54,253 nt of DNA from the NCBI GenBank assembly GCA_011191875.1, contig DUFC01000003.1, forward strand, positions 1-54,253, given 5' to 3'. Origin of the DNA: Dehalococcoidia bacterium (lineage in GTDB: Bacteria; Chloroflexota; Dehalococcoidia; Dehalococcoidales; W498). Below, one piece after another: positions 47,119 to 54,253 of the stretch; position 1 is the first letter of the stretch; each line of letters opens with the position of its first letter. The notes beneath the pieces were generated by a model that saw nothing but the letters and a program-made list of their open reading frames with translations, was not told the origin of the DNA and did no database searches. Both the position numbers and the translations under genes were made by a program.

Positions 47119-47147
47119 TTGCATTTCAGGTTATTTTATGTTAATAT
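47119..47147 (+). promoter_or_regulatory. sigma70-type promoter for the thi leader
   Basis: TTGCAT-17 bp-TAATAT with an extended TG, just upstream of the riboswitch. Confidence 0.55.
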
Positions 47148-47170
47148 TTCAAGGTAAAGTTTGATATTTT

Positions 47171-47256
47171 AACCGCTAGGGGTGCATAAGCTGAGAGGCG
47201 GTTTGATGCCAACCCTTGGAACCTGATCTCGATAGTGCGAGCGTAGGGAAGCGGCT
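47171..47256 (+). promoter_or_regulatory. TPP riboswitch aptamer
   Basis: CCGCT-AGGGGTGC..GCTGAGA..ACCCTTGGAACCTGATC...GCGTAGGGA-AGCGG matches the THI-box consensus; lies upstream of thiC. Confidence 0.96.
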
Positions 47257-47263
47257 GTCTTAG

Positions 47264-47310
47264 ACCAAGGGTCTATTATTACCAGCCGAAGCCCTTGGTT
47301 TTATTTATTT
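47264..47310 (+). terminator. Riboswitch expression-platform terminator
   Basis: Stem ACCAAGGG...CCCTTGGT followed by a T-tract. CAGCCG in the loop can pair with CGGCTG at the aptamer 3' end, giving an antiterminator. Confidence 0.8.
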
Positions 47311-47320
47311 AGAGGCGAAC

Positions 47321-48622
47321 ATGACTCAACTGGAATTAGCTAGAGACGGTACTATTTCACCCCAAATGGAACTGGTAGCACAGTATGAAGGGGTGGAGGC
47401 TGAGTTTATTCGGCAGGGTGTAGCCTTAGGGACAATTGTAATTCCGGCTAATACTAGGCATACAAATCTTGCTCCCTGTGGCATAGGACAAGGACTTAAA
47501 ACCAAGGTCAATGCCAATATCGGGACTTCTTCCGACTTTGGCAATATTGATACCGAGTTGGAAAAGGTGCGAGTAGCTATTGACTCCGGAGCAGATACAA
47601 TTATGGATCTAAGCACTGGCGGTGACATATCGTCTATTCGGCGGAACATTATCACATCTAGCTCGTTACCAGTAGGAACAGTACCCATCTACCAGGCGGG
47701 GATTAAGGCAATAGCTAAACACGGCGCCATAGTTAAGATGACCGTCGATGAACTGTTTACCGTGATTGAAGAGCATGCCCGGGATGGTGTTGATTTCATA
47801 ACGGTGCATTGTGGCGTAACCCAGTCAGCCATTTCCCGGCTTAAACAGCAGGGGAGGGTAGCTGATGTTGTATCTCGAGGCGGTGCTTTCCTGATAGGCT
47901 GGATGCTCTACAATGAGCGCGAGAATCCTCTTTATGAATACTTTGACCGCTTACTGGAGATAGCTAAACAGTTTGACATAACATTGAGTCTCGGTGATGG
48001 TATGCGTCCCGGTAGCATAGCTGATGCTACCGACCGTCCCCAAATAGAGGAGTTGCTTACTTTAGGGGAGTTAGTAAACCAGGCTCAGCAAGCCGGAGTT
48101 CAGGTAATGGTTGAGGGTCCGGGGCACCTACCACTGAATCAAATTGAGACCAATGTTCGTTTACAGAAGGCTATTTGTAAGGGGGCTCCTTTCTATGTGC
48201 TGGGTCCGCTAGTAACTGATGTTGCCGCTGGTTATGACCATATCACTGGAGCTATAGGTGGTGCTATTGCTGCTGCTGCCGGCACTGATTTTTTATGCTA
48301 CGTAACGCCAGCCGAACATCTTTCCCTGCCTGACCCTGAGGATGTGAGTCAAGGAGTAATTGCCTCACGCATTGCCGCTCATGCCGCTGATATAGTTAAG
48401 GAAGTAAAAGGTGCCCAGGAGTGGGATAGAAAGATGTCTATGGCTCGAAAGAAGCTTGACTGGGAAGAACAAGCCAGGTTGTCCTTAGACCCTAAGCGGT
48501 CTCGCCAAGTTCATAGTAAGCACGATTCCGCCGGATCGGCTTGCAGTATGTGTGGGGAGTTCTGCGCTATGGCACTAATGGAAAAGTATCTAGGCATCTC
48601 AGCCCCAAGGTCTGGCTTTTAG
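47321..48622 (+). CDS. thiC: Phosphomethylpyrimidine synthase
   Basis: Motifs [53 protein letters not shown] and CSMCGEFC; downstream of a TPP riboswitch. Confidence 0.95.
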   Translation: MTQLELARDGTISPQMELVAQYEGVEAEFIRQGVALGTIVIPANTRHTNLAPCGIGQGLKTKVNANIGTSSDFGNIDTELEKVRVAIDSGADTIMDLSTGGDISSIRRNIITSSSLPVGTVPIYQAGIKAIAKHGAIVKMTVDELFTVIEEHARDGVDFITVHCGVTQSAISRLKQQGRVADVVSRGGAFLIGWMLYNERENPLYEYFDRLLEIAKQFDITLSLGDGMRPGSIADATDRPQIEELLTLGELVNQAQQAGVQVMVEGPGHLPLNQIETNVRLQKAICKGAPFYVLGPLVTDVAAGYDHITGAIGGAIAAAAGTDFLCYVTPAEHLSLPDPEDVSQGVIASRIAAHAADIVKEVKGAQEWDRKMSMARKKLDWEEQARLSLDPKRSRQVHSKHDSAGSACSMCGEFCAMALMEKYLGISAPRSGF

Positions 48623-48645
48623 CATAATAAAGAAGAGAGGTTAAA

Positions 48646-49458
48646 ATGACATTATTTCACCAGGTCAGGGAAGGAGAAGTTACTAAGGCTATCGTGGGTA
48701 GCTTTTTACGCCAGTTTGAGGAATATGTTTACAGTGATGTCATTATTGTTGGTGGCGGACCCAGCGGACTTATAGCCGGGAGAGAACTGGGTAAGGCTGG
48801 ATACAAAGTCCTGATTATAGAGAGGAATAACTATCTGGGTGGTGGCTTCTGGGTGGGTGGTTATTTTATGAATAAGGTTACTCTAAGAGCCCCATCCCAG
48901 GAGATTCTTGATGAGGTGAATGTTCCCTACTCTGAGGCTAGCGAAGGTCTTTATGTAGCTGATGCCCCTCATGCCTGTTCTAAGCTCATTGGTGCTACCT
49001 GTGATGCCGGGGTTAAGATTTTCAACTTAACTCTTATGGAAGACTTGATAGTGCGTGAAGATAATATGGTAGCCGGGTTAGTGGTTAATTGGAGTCCTAT
49101 TGCCTATCTGCCTAAGGAGGTCTCAGCCCTTGACCCGATACCCCTGGAAACAAGGGTGGTAATTGATGCCACCGGTCATGATGCCTGTGTGGCTAGAAAA
49201 CTGGAGCATCGTAGTGCGCTCAAGCTGACCGGAGAAGGAGCCATGTGGATTGAGAAATCGGAGGAGGCTGTGGTGGAGCACACTGGTGAGGTCTATCCCG
49301 GGTTAATTGTAACTGGTATGGCAGTAGCCACTGTTTACGGGTTACCACGCATGGGACCTACCTTTGGCGCTATGCTTCTCTCAGGGAAGCGAGCGGCTGA
49401 AGTTGCTATAGGGATTCTGCAACAAATTGAGGAAAGCTCAGTAACTGAAAATGGGTAG
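48646..49458 (+). CDS. thi4: Thi4-family thiazole synthase (non-Cys type)
   Basis: Motifs DVIIVGGGPSGL, LGGGFW.GG, IDATGHDA and GLPRMGPTFGAMLLSGKRAA. Confidence 0.94.
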   Translation: MTLFHQVREGEVTKAIVGSFLRQFEEYVYSDVIIVGGGPSGLIAGRELGKAGYKVLIIERNNYLGGGFWVGGYFMNKVTLRAPSQEILDEVNVPYSEASEGLYVADAPHACSKLIGATCDAGVKIFNLTLMEDLIVREDNMVAGLVVNWSPIAYLPKEVSALDPIPLETRVVIDATGHDACVARKLEHRSALKLTGEGAMWIEKSEEAVVEHTGEVYPGLIVTGMAVATVYGLPRMGPTFGAMLLSGKRAAEVAIGILQQIEESSVTENG

Positions 49459-50563
49459 CGCACTTAATATAGGCAAGCTGTTTGGTATACAACTCAGGCT
49501 GCACTACAGCTGGTTTATTATATTTGTTTTCTTTACTATCTTATTAGTTTCACCTCACTGGTTATCACCGTCTTGGTGGATTATAGGTATAATTACCTGC
49601 CTGCTATTTTTTGCCTCAGTAGTTGCTCACGAGCTTGCTCACAGCCTTGTGGGTAGAGCCAATGGTATCCCGATAAAAAGCATAACCCTTTTTATCTTTG
49701 GTGGCGTCGCCCAGATGACTAAGGAGGCAACGCGCCCAGGGGCTGAGTTCAAGATGGCAGCCGCTGGTCCCGCCTGTAGCCTGGCAATTGGTGGCTTGTT
49801 TTTTGGCCTGTTCTGGCTCTTTCCCCCAGACATAGCCGAGCCTATAGCTACTATGGTTTATTGGCTAGCCTATATAAATGTGGCACTGGCAATTTTCAAT
49901 CTAATTCCGGGCTTCCCTTTAGATGGTGGGCGTGTTTTACGTTCCTTTCTTTGGCAAGTTACCGGTGACTATCAGCGCTCCACCCGAATTGCCACCCAAG
50001 TGGGGCGGGGCGTAGGCTATCTCTTCATACTAGGTGGCATTTTAATAGCCTTCCTGCGTCCATTTGGTCTGGATTGGTTTAGCGGTTTGTGGCTAGTCTT
50101 TATCGGCTGGTTCCTGGAAAACGCTGCCTCAGCTAGCTATCGTCAAGCTAAATGGCGGGAAGCATTATTTAAGTTTACTGCTTCACAGGTGATGACTTCT
50201 AACTGCCCGGTAGTTCCTTCAAGTGCTACAGTTAATCAGTTGGTTCAAGGATACATCTTTACCGGTGGGCATCACCTCTTTCTGGTAGCTGACGAAGGCA
50301 AGCTAGAGGGCATTTTAACCTTACAGAATATTACATCTGTTTCTAATCAAAATCGGGATGTAACTCAAGTAAAAGAGATAATGACCCCAATTAATAAGCT
50401 AAAGGCAGTTCGTCCTGACCAGGATGCTCTAAGTATACTGGAGCAGATGGATGAGAATGATATGAACCAGATGCCGGTAGTGAGTGAGGGTAGGGTTATC
50501 GGGTTGATTGCCCGTGATAACCTGCTAAGGTTCCTCCGCATCCGTTCTGTATTGGGGATATAA
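49451..50563 (+). CDS. Site-2 (M50) protease with two CBS domains
   Basis: Motifs HELAH, LFIFGGVA, AAGP and FNLIPGFPLDGGRVL; C-terminal CBS pair. Confidence 0.94.
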   Translation: MGSALNIGKLFGIQLRLHYSWFIIFVFFTILLVSPHWLSPSWWIIGIITCLLFFASVVAHELAHSLVGRANGIPIKSITLFIFGGVAQMTKEATRPGAEFKMAAAGPACSLAIGGLFFGLFWLFPPDIAEPIATMVYWLAYINVALAIFNLIPGFPLDGGRVLRSFLWQVTGDYQRSTRIATQVGRGVGYLFILGGILIAFLRPFGLDWFSGLWLVFIGWFLENAASASYRQAKWREALFKFTASQVMTSNCPVVPSSATVNQLVQGYIFTGGHHLFLVADEGKLEGILTLQNITSVSNQNRDVTQVKEIMTPINKLKAVRPDQDALSILEQMDENDMNQMPVVSEGRVIGLIARDNLLRFLRIRSVLGI

Positions 50564-50587
50564 TTATTTATCAACAGGGGCTGCAAT

Positions 50588-51772
50588 TTGTATGATGTAT
50601 TAGTTGTAGGTGGTGGACCGATAGGGAGCCACGTGGCCTATAAGCTCGCTGGGATGGGCTATGGTGTAGTTGTGCTGGAGCGAAAGGAAAAGCTGGGAGA
50701 ACAGGTTTGCTGTACCGGCATTATAAGCCAGGAGTGCGTTGATTCTTTTGCTATTGATAACAATGTTATTTTGAGGCAGGTAAATAGTGCCAGATTATTT
50801 CCACCTTCAGGGAGATTGCTTAGGCTGTGGCGGCAAGAAACCCAGGCTTGTATCGTAGACCGAGCTGCTTTTGATGTAGCTGTAGCTAATAGGGCTCAAG
50901 ATAAAGGGGCAGAATATATACTAAACAGCCTCGTCAGGGATATAGAGAGGAAGGATGACACAGTTAATGTTGAGGCAATTCGTCTTGGAGAAACGTTAAA
51001 CTTTGAAGCCAGAGCAGTAGTCGTTGCCACTGGCTTTGGCTCAAAACTTACTAAACGGCTGGGGTTAGGTAAGTCTAGAGATTTTGTCATGGGAGCTCAA
51101 GCTGAGGTAGTAACGAACGGGGTAGATGAGGTAGAGGTCTTTTTCGGTCAGGAGACAGCTCCTGGTTTTTTTGCCTGGCTGGTGCCAACCTCACCGCAGA
51201 GAGCCCTGGTAGGGTTGCTGTCGCGCCGCAGTCCAGAGCTTTACTTAAAAAAGTTTATGTCAGCCTTGCTGGCTGAAAAAAAGATAGCCTCAACTGAGGC
51301 TGAGCTAAGCTATGGTGGAATTCCGCTGAAGCCACTGGCCAAAACTTACAGCCAGAGGTTAATAGTAGTAGGAGACGCCGCTGGTCAAGTGAAGCCAACC
51401 ACCGGCGGTGGCATCTATTATGGTTTATTGTGTGCTGACATAGCTGCTAATACTCTGAACCGAGCGTTACAAAACGATGACCTATCAGCTAAAGGTCTGG
51501 CTAGCTATGAGCGACAGTGGAGGAGAAAGCTCCGGCAAGAGCTGAAAACAGGCTATTACGCCCGAAAATTTTACGAGCGCCTGAGTGACAAGCACATTAA
51601 TAGGATATTTGACATAATAATATCTAATGGCATTCATGATACTCTACTTAAAGCCGAGGAGCTATCCTTTGACTGGCAGGGTAAGGCTGTGTTGAGGTTG
51701 ATGGGGCACAGGGCAATTTCTAAAGCTCTTGAGATGATGAAGATACCGTTTCATTTAGGAGAGGGCAGATGA
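50588..51772 (+). CDS. Geranylgeranyl reductase family FAD oxidoreductase
   Basis: Motifs YDVLVVGGGPIG, VCCTG, VDRAAFD, PGFFAWLVP and VGDAAGQVKPTTGGGIYY. Confidence 0.9.
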   Translation: MYDVLVVGGGPIGSHVAYKLAGMGYGVVVLERKEKLGEQVCCTGIISQECVDSFAIDNNVILRQVNSARLFPPSGRLLRLWRQETQACIVDRAAFDVAVANRAQDKGAEYILNSLVRDIERKDDTVNVEAIRLGETLNFEARAVVVATGFGSKLTKRLGLGKSRDFVMGAQAEVVTNGVDEVEVFFGQETAPGFFAWLVPTSPQRALVGLLSRRSPELYLKKFMSALLAEKKIASTEAELSYGGIPLKPLAKTYSQRLIVVGDAAGQVKPTTGGGIYYGLLCADIAANTLNRALQNDDLSAKGLASYERQWRRKLRQELKTGYYARKFYERLSDKHINRIFDIIISNGIHDTLLKAEELSFDWQGKAVLRLMGHRAISKALEMMKIPFHLGEGR

Positions 51773-52575
51773 ATAGCAGCAGCCAGAGTCCAAGATTGGG
51801 TGAGGCAGCCAACAGTTTTCTAGCTAGTTTGTCACTGGAAGAATGGAAAACAAGCCAGCAAGAAGTATATAAGTTCGTTCGCTGGTATGGCTGGGAGCAA
51901 CCGTTTTCTGGGCTTTCTGCCCCCGAAGTAGCTAACTATGCTGAGCGGTTATCATTATCTGATACCGATTATATAAAAAGGCTTGAACTTATAAAAGCCT
52001 TTCTGGTTTATGCTAGGAAGGAAGGGTGGAGTAAGAGCAATCTAGCCACTCACCTTAAGATTAAGAAGAGGAAAACCCCGCTTCAGTCTTCAATCAGGCA
52101 GGATTTGCCTGAGATTATTTCTTTAACTCGGCAAGGGTATACTGAACTGGATGCTGAGCTGGCAGCCCTCAAGAGTCGGCGTCTTCAGGCTATTGATGAA
52201 GTGCGTAGAGCAAGGGCAGACAAGGACTTCCGCGAGAATGCACCTCTGGAGACAGCTAGAGAACAGTACGCTCAGTTGGAAGGACGGATTAGACAGCTAG
52301 AAGAAACTCTAAAGTCAGCGATTATTATTGATGAGAAACAAGAGGTAACATTCAAGGCAAGTATTGGTGATAATGTTATCCTGAGCGATTTGATTTCTGG
52401 CGAAGAACTACACTATACATTAGTCAGTACCAGAGAGGCAGACCCAACCAGAGGGAAGATTTCCAAGGCTTCACCTATAGGTAAAGCGCTGTTGGGTCGA
52501 GTTCAGGGAGAGGTAATAGAAGTAACGGCACCAGCCGGCAAGTTACGCTATCAAATTAAGCAGATTAAACGTTAA
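51769..52575 (+). CDS. greA: Transcription elongation factor GreA with ~110-aa N-terminal extra domain
   Basis: C-terminal region LTRQGY..L..EL, KDFRENA, EADPTRGKISKASPIGKALLG and APAG; total length 268 aa versus ~160 aa typical. Confidence 0.92.
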   Translation: MNSSSQSPRLGEAANSFLASLSLEEWKTSQQEVYKFVRWYGWEQPFSGLSAPEVANYAERLSLSDTDYIKRLELIKAFLVYARKEGWSKSNLATHLKIKKRKTPLQSSIRQDLPEIISLTRQGYTELDAELAALKSRRLQAIDEVRRARADKDFRENAPLETAREQYAQLEGRIRQLEETLKSAIIIDEKQEVTFKASIGDNVILSDLISGEELHYTLVSTREADPTRGKISKASPIGKALLGRVQGEVIEVTAPAGKLRYQIKQIKR

Positions 52576-52595
52576 CAAGGCAAACGGTTGGACTA

Positions 52596-53687
52596 ATGAG
52601 TGTTAACATTGGCATCATAGGGCTAGCCAAAAGCGGCAAGACAACCATTTTCGATGCTTTGACCAGGGGTAAAGCACATACAGAAAGTCCCGCGGCGCAT
52701 ATCGGGATAGCTAAGGTGCCAGATGCCCGCCTTAAAGTATTAGACGGTATGCTTCAGCCGAAGAGGGTAGTCCCAGCCGAGGCAAGTTACATTGATATAG
52801 ATGCTTCAATCAAGGGTTTGGATAAGGAGAAAGTTATCAGTGGTGAACTCCTAACTCAACTTAGCAATGTAGATGCTCTAATTAATGTTGCCCGATCCTT
52901 TACCGATGAAAGTATACCCCATATTGAAGGTAGCCTGGATGTAGAGCGGGATATTGCCACTATAGATTTAGAACTTGCCTTTTCCGACCTGGCCATTATT
53001 GAGAGAAGACTGGAGAGGATAGAAGTATCATTAAAAGGGGCTAAGCAACCTGAGCGCCAGGGTTTTCTCCACGAGCAAGAGAGGCTGATGAAGATTAAAA
53101 ATAATTTGGAAAAAGATATTCCCGTCCGAGAATTAAGGCTGACTACTGACGAAGCTAAAACTATTGCCAATTACCAGTTTCTCACTGCCAAGCCAGTACT
53201 AGTAGTGGTCAATATTGGAGAAGAGCAGTTACCTCAGGCAGCATCTCTAGAAACAGAACTGAATCTACATTATTCACGACCAAAGTGTCGCCTTATTACC
53301 CTCTGTGGAAAATTAGAAATGGAGCTGGCTCAATTAGATAATGAGGCTGCTGAGACATTCCGTGCTGAGTTTGGTATAGCTGAATCCGGGCTTGACCGTA
53401 CTATAAAACTATCCTACGAACTATTAGGACTAATCTCATTTTTCACTATAGTTTCGGGAGAGGTTAAAGCTTGGTCTATTCAAAATGGCACTAGCGCTTT
53501 AAAAGCCGCTGGTAAAATCCACTCTGATATGGAAAGGGGCTTCATTCGAGCAGAGGTAATTAGTTACGATGACCTGATGAAGTGTGGTAATCTATCTGAA
53601 GCACGCAAGAAAGGACTTTTACGACTGGAGGGCAAGGATTACATAGTCCAGGATGGCGATTTAATCACCTTCCTGTTCAATGTCTAG
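52596..53687 (+). CDS. ychF: YchF/Ola1 family ATPase
   Basis: Motifs VPDARL, FLTAKP, LISFFT, EVKAW, AAGKIHSDMERGFIRAEV and RLEGKDYIVQDGD (TGS domain). Confidence 0.93.
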   Translation: MSVNIGIIGLAKSGKTTIFDALTRGKAHTESPAAHIGIAKVPDARLKVLDGMLQPKRVVPAEASYIDIDASIKGLDKEKVISGELLTQLSNVDALINVARSFTDESIPHIEGSLDVERDIATIDLELAFSDLAIIERRLERIEVSLKGAKQPERQGFLHEQERLMKIKNNLEKDIPVRELRLTTDEAKTIANYQFLTAKPVLVVVNIGEEQLPQAASLETELNLHYSRPKCRLITLCGKLEMELAQLDNEAAETFRAEFGIAESGLDRTIKLSYELLGLISFFTIVSGEVKAWSIQNGTSALKAAGKIHSDMERGFIRAEVISYDDLMKCGNLSEARKKGLLRLEGKDYIVQDGDLITFLFNV

Positions 53688-53716
53688 AAAGCCTCTCAGT
53701 GTCCTATAATCCTGTC

Positions 53717-53745
53717 TTGACAGGAAATTAGCCTCAGGGCATAAT
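53717..53745 (+). promoter_or_regulatory. tRNA promoter
   Basis: TTGACA-17 bp-CATAAT, ending 10 bp before the tRNA. Confidence 0.75.
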
Positions 53746-53755
53746 AAATTTAACA

Positions 53756-53831
<76 letters not shown>

Positions 53832-54253
53832 TGAAGCTAAGAGGGGTACCTGCTTCCATAAAATGAGCATCGAAAACCTGCTTGCGAGATACGAGCTAGC
53901 CGCCAGGGCCGAAGGAAAGAGCCCCAAGACAGTGGACCATGTCAAACTCCCGGTAAAACTCTTCGCCGGTTCCATCGGTGGTATCCAGGATGTAAGCAAG
54001 GTTAGGGCCGATGACTTACGGCACTTCATCCTGGATCTGGGGCAGAGGCCAAAGTGGGCGGGTACATCACACGAGAAAGAAGAGAAAATAAGCCGCACCA
54101 CGCTCAATACATACGTAAGAGGCATCAAGGCATTCTGGGCCTGGTTAAGCCGGGAAGGGATAATCAAGCACAATCCGTTCGCCGGCGTTCGTACCCCCAG
54201 GTTACCCAAGCGGCGGCTGCCCAAGGTAATGAGCGAGGAGGAGATGGTGGCCG
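53832..54253 (+). mobile_element. Left end of a tRNA-Gly-integrated genomic island or prophage
   Basis: An integrase starts 31 bp after the tRNA CCA; the sequence is visibly more GC-rich at third codon positions than the upstream core genes. Confidence 0.8.
53863..54253 (+). CDS. Tyrosine recombinase/integrase, N-terminal part (runs off window)
   Basis: Absent from the ORF track. Manual translation MSIENLLARYELAARAEGKSPKTV...SRTTLNTYVRGIKAFWAWLSREGIIKHNPFAGVRTPRLPKRRLPKVMSEEEM gives a core-binding domain plus an LP..ms.eE linker. Confidence 0.9.
   Translation, partial: MSIENLLARYELAARAEGKSPKTVDHVKLPVKLFAGSIGGIQDVSKVRADDLRHFILDLGQRPKWAGTSHEKEEKISRTTLNTYVRGIKAFWAWLSREGIIKHNPFAGVRTPRLPKRRLPKVMSEEEMVA

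Noticed and set aside
47321-48622. BzaF/BzaAB (benzimidazole synthesis) instead of ThiC
   Set aside because: The upstream riboswitch is TPP-type rather than cobalamin-type, and the neighbouring gene is thi4.

Overview
Chromosomal segment whose gene set suggests an anaerobic Chloroflexota (Dehalococcoidia-like) bacterium; this is inferred from gene content, not from a marker gene. The left arm (1-7640, minus strand) is a housekeeping run: rnhB, yraN, ThiD2-ThiE, a translin/TRAX-like protein, a Na+-type membrane pyrophosphatase, glyQS and a partial sbcD. The middle (~7.7-41.4 kb) is a patchwork of accessory genes: MMPL, ABC, MFS, TRAP and DMT transporters, an acyl-CoA ligase, methyltransferases, a secreted clan CD peptidase, a tungsten-type AOR, LemA/HtpX, a pilin and an HD-GYP protein. 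The right arm holds mnmA, tmk, pdxST, then a TPP riboswitch followed by thiC-thi4-S2P-GGR-greA-ychF, tRNA-Gly(TCC), and the start of an integrase-bearing island at the window edge. Most notable observations: (1) GreA carries an N-terminal domain resembling a tyrosine-recombinase core-binding domain, which can be aligned by eye to the integrase in the same window; (2) a nested array of several different miniature palindromic elements, with apparent target-site duplications; (3) four genes each broken by one in-frame stop (TAA, TGA, TAG, TAA); (4) Thi4 has Ala at the Cys/His active-site position; (5) a rubrerythrin-VIT1 protein lacks both conserved transport residues; (6) a bacterial translin. 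No CRISPR array or rRNA was seen.
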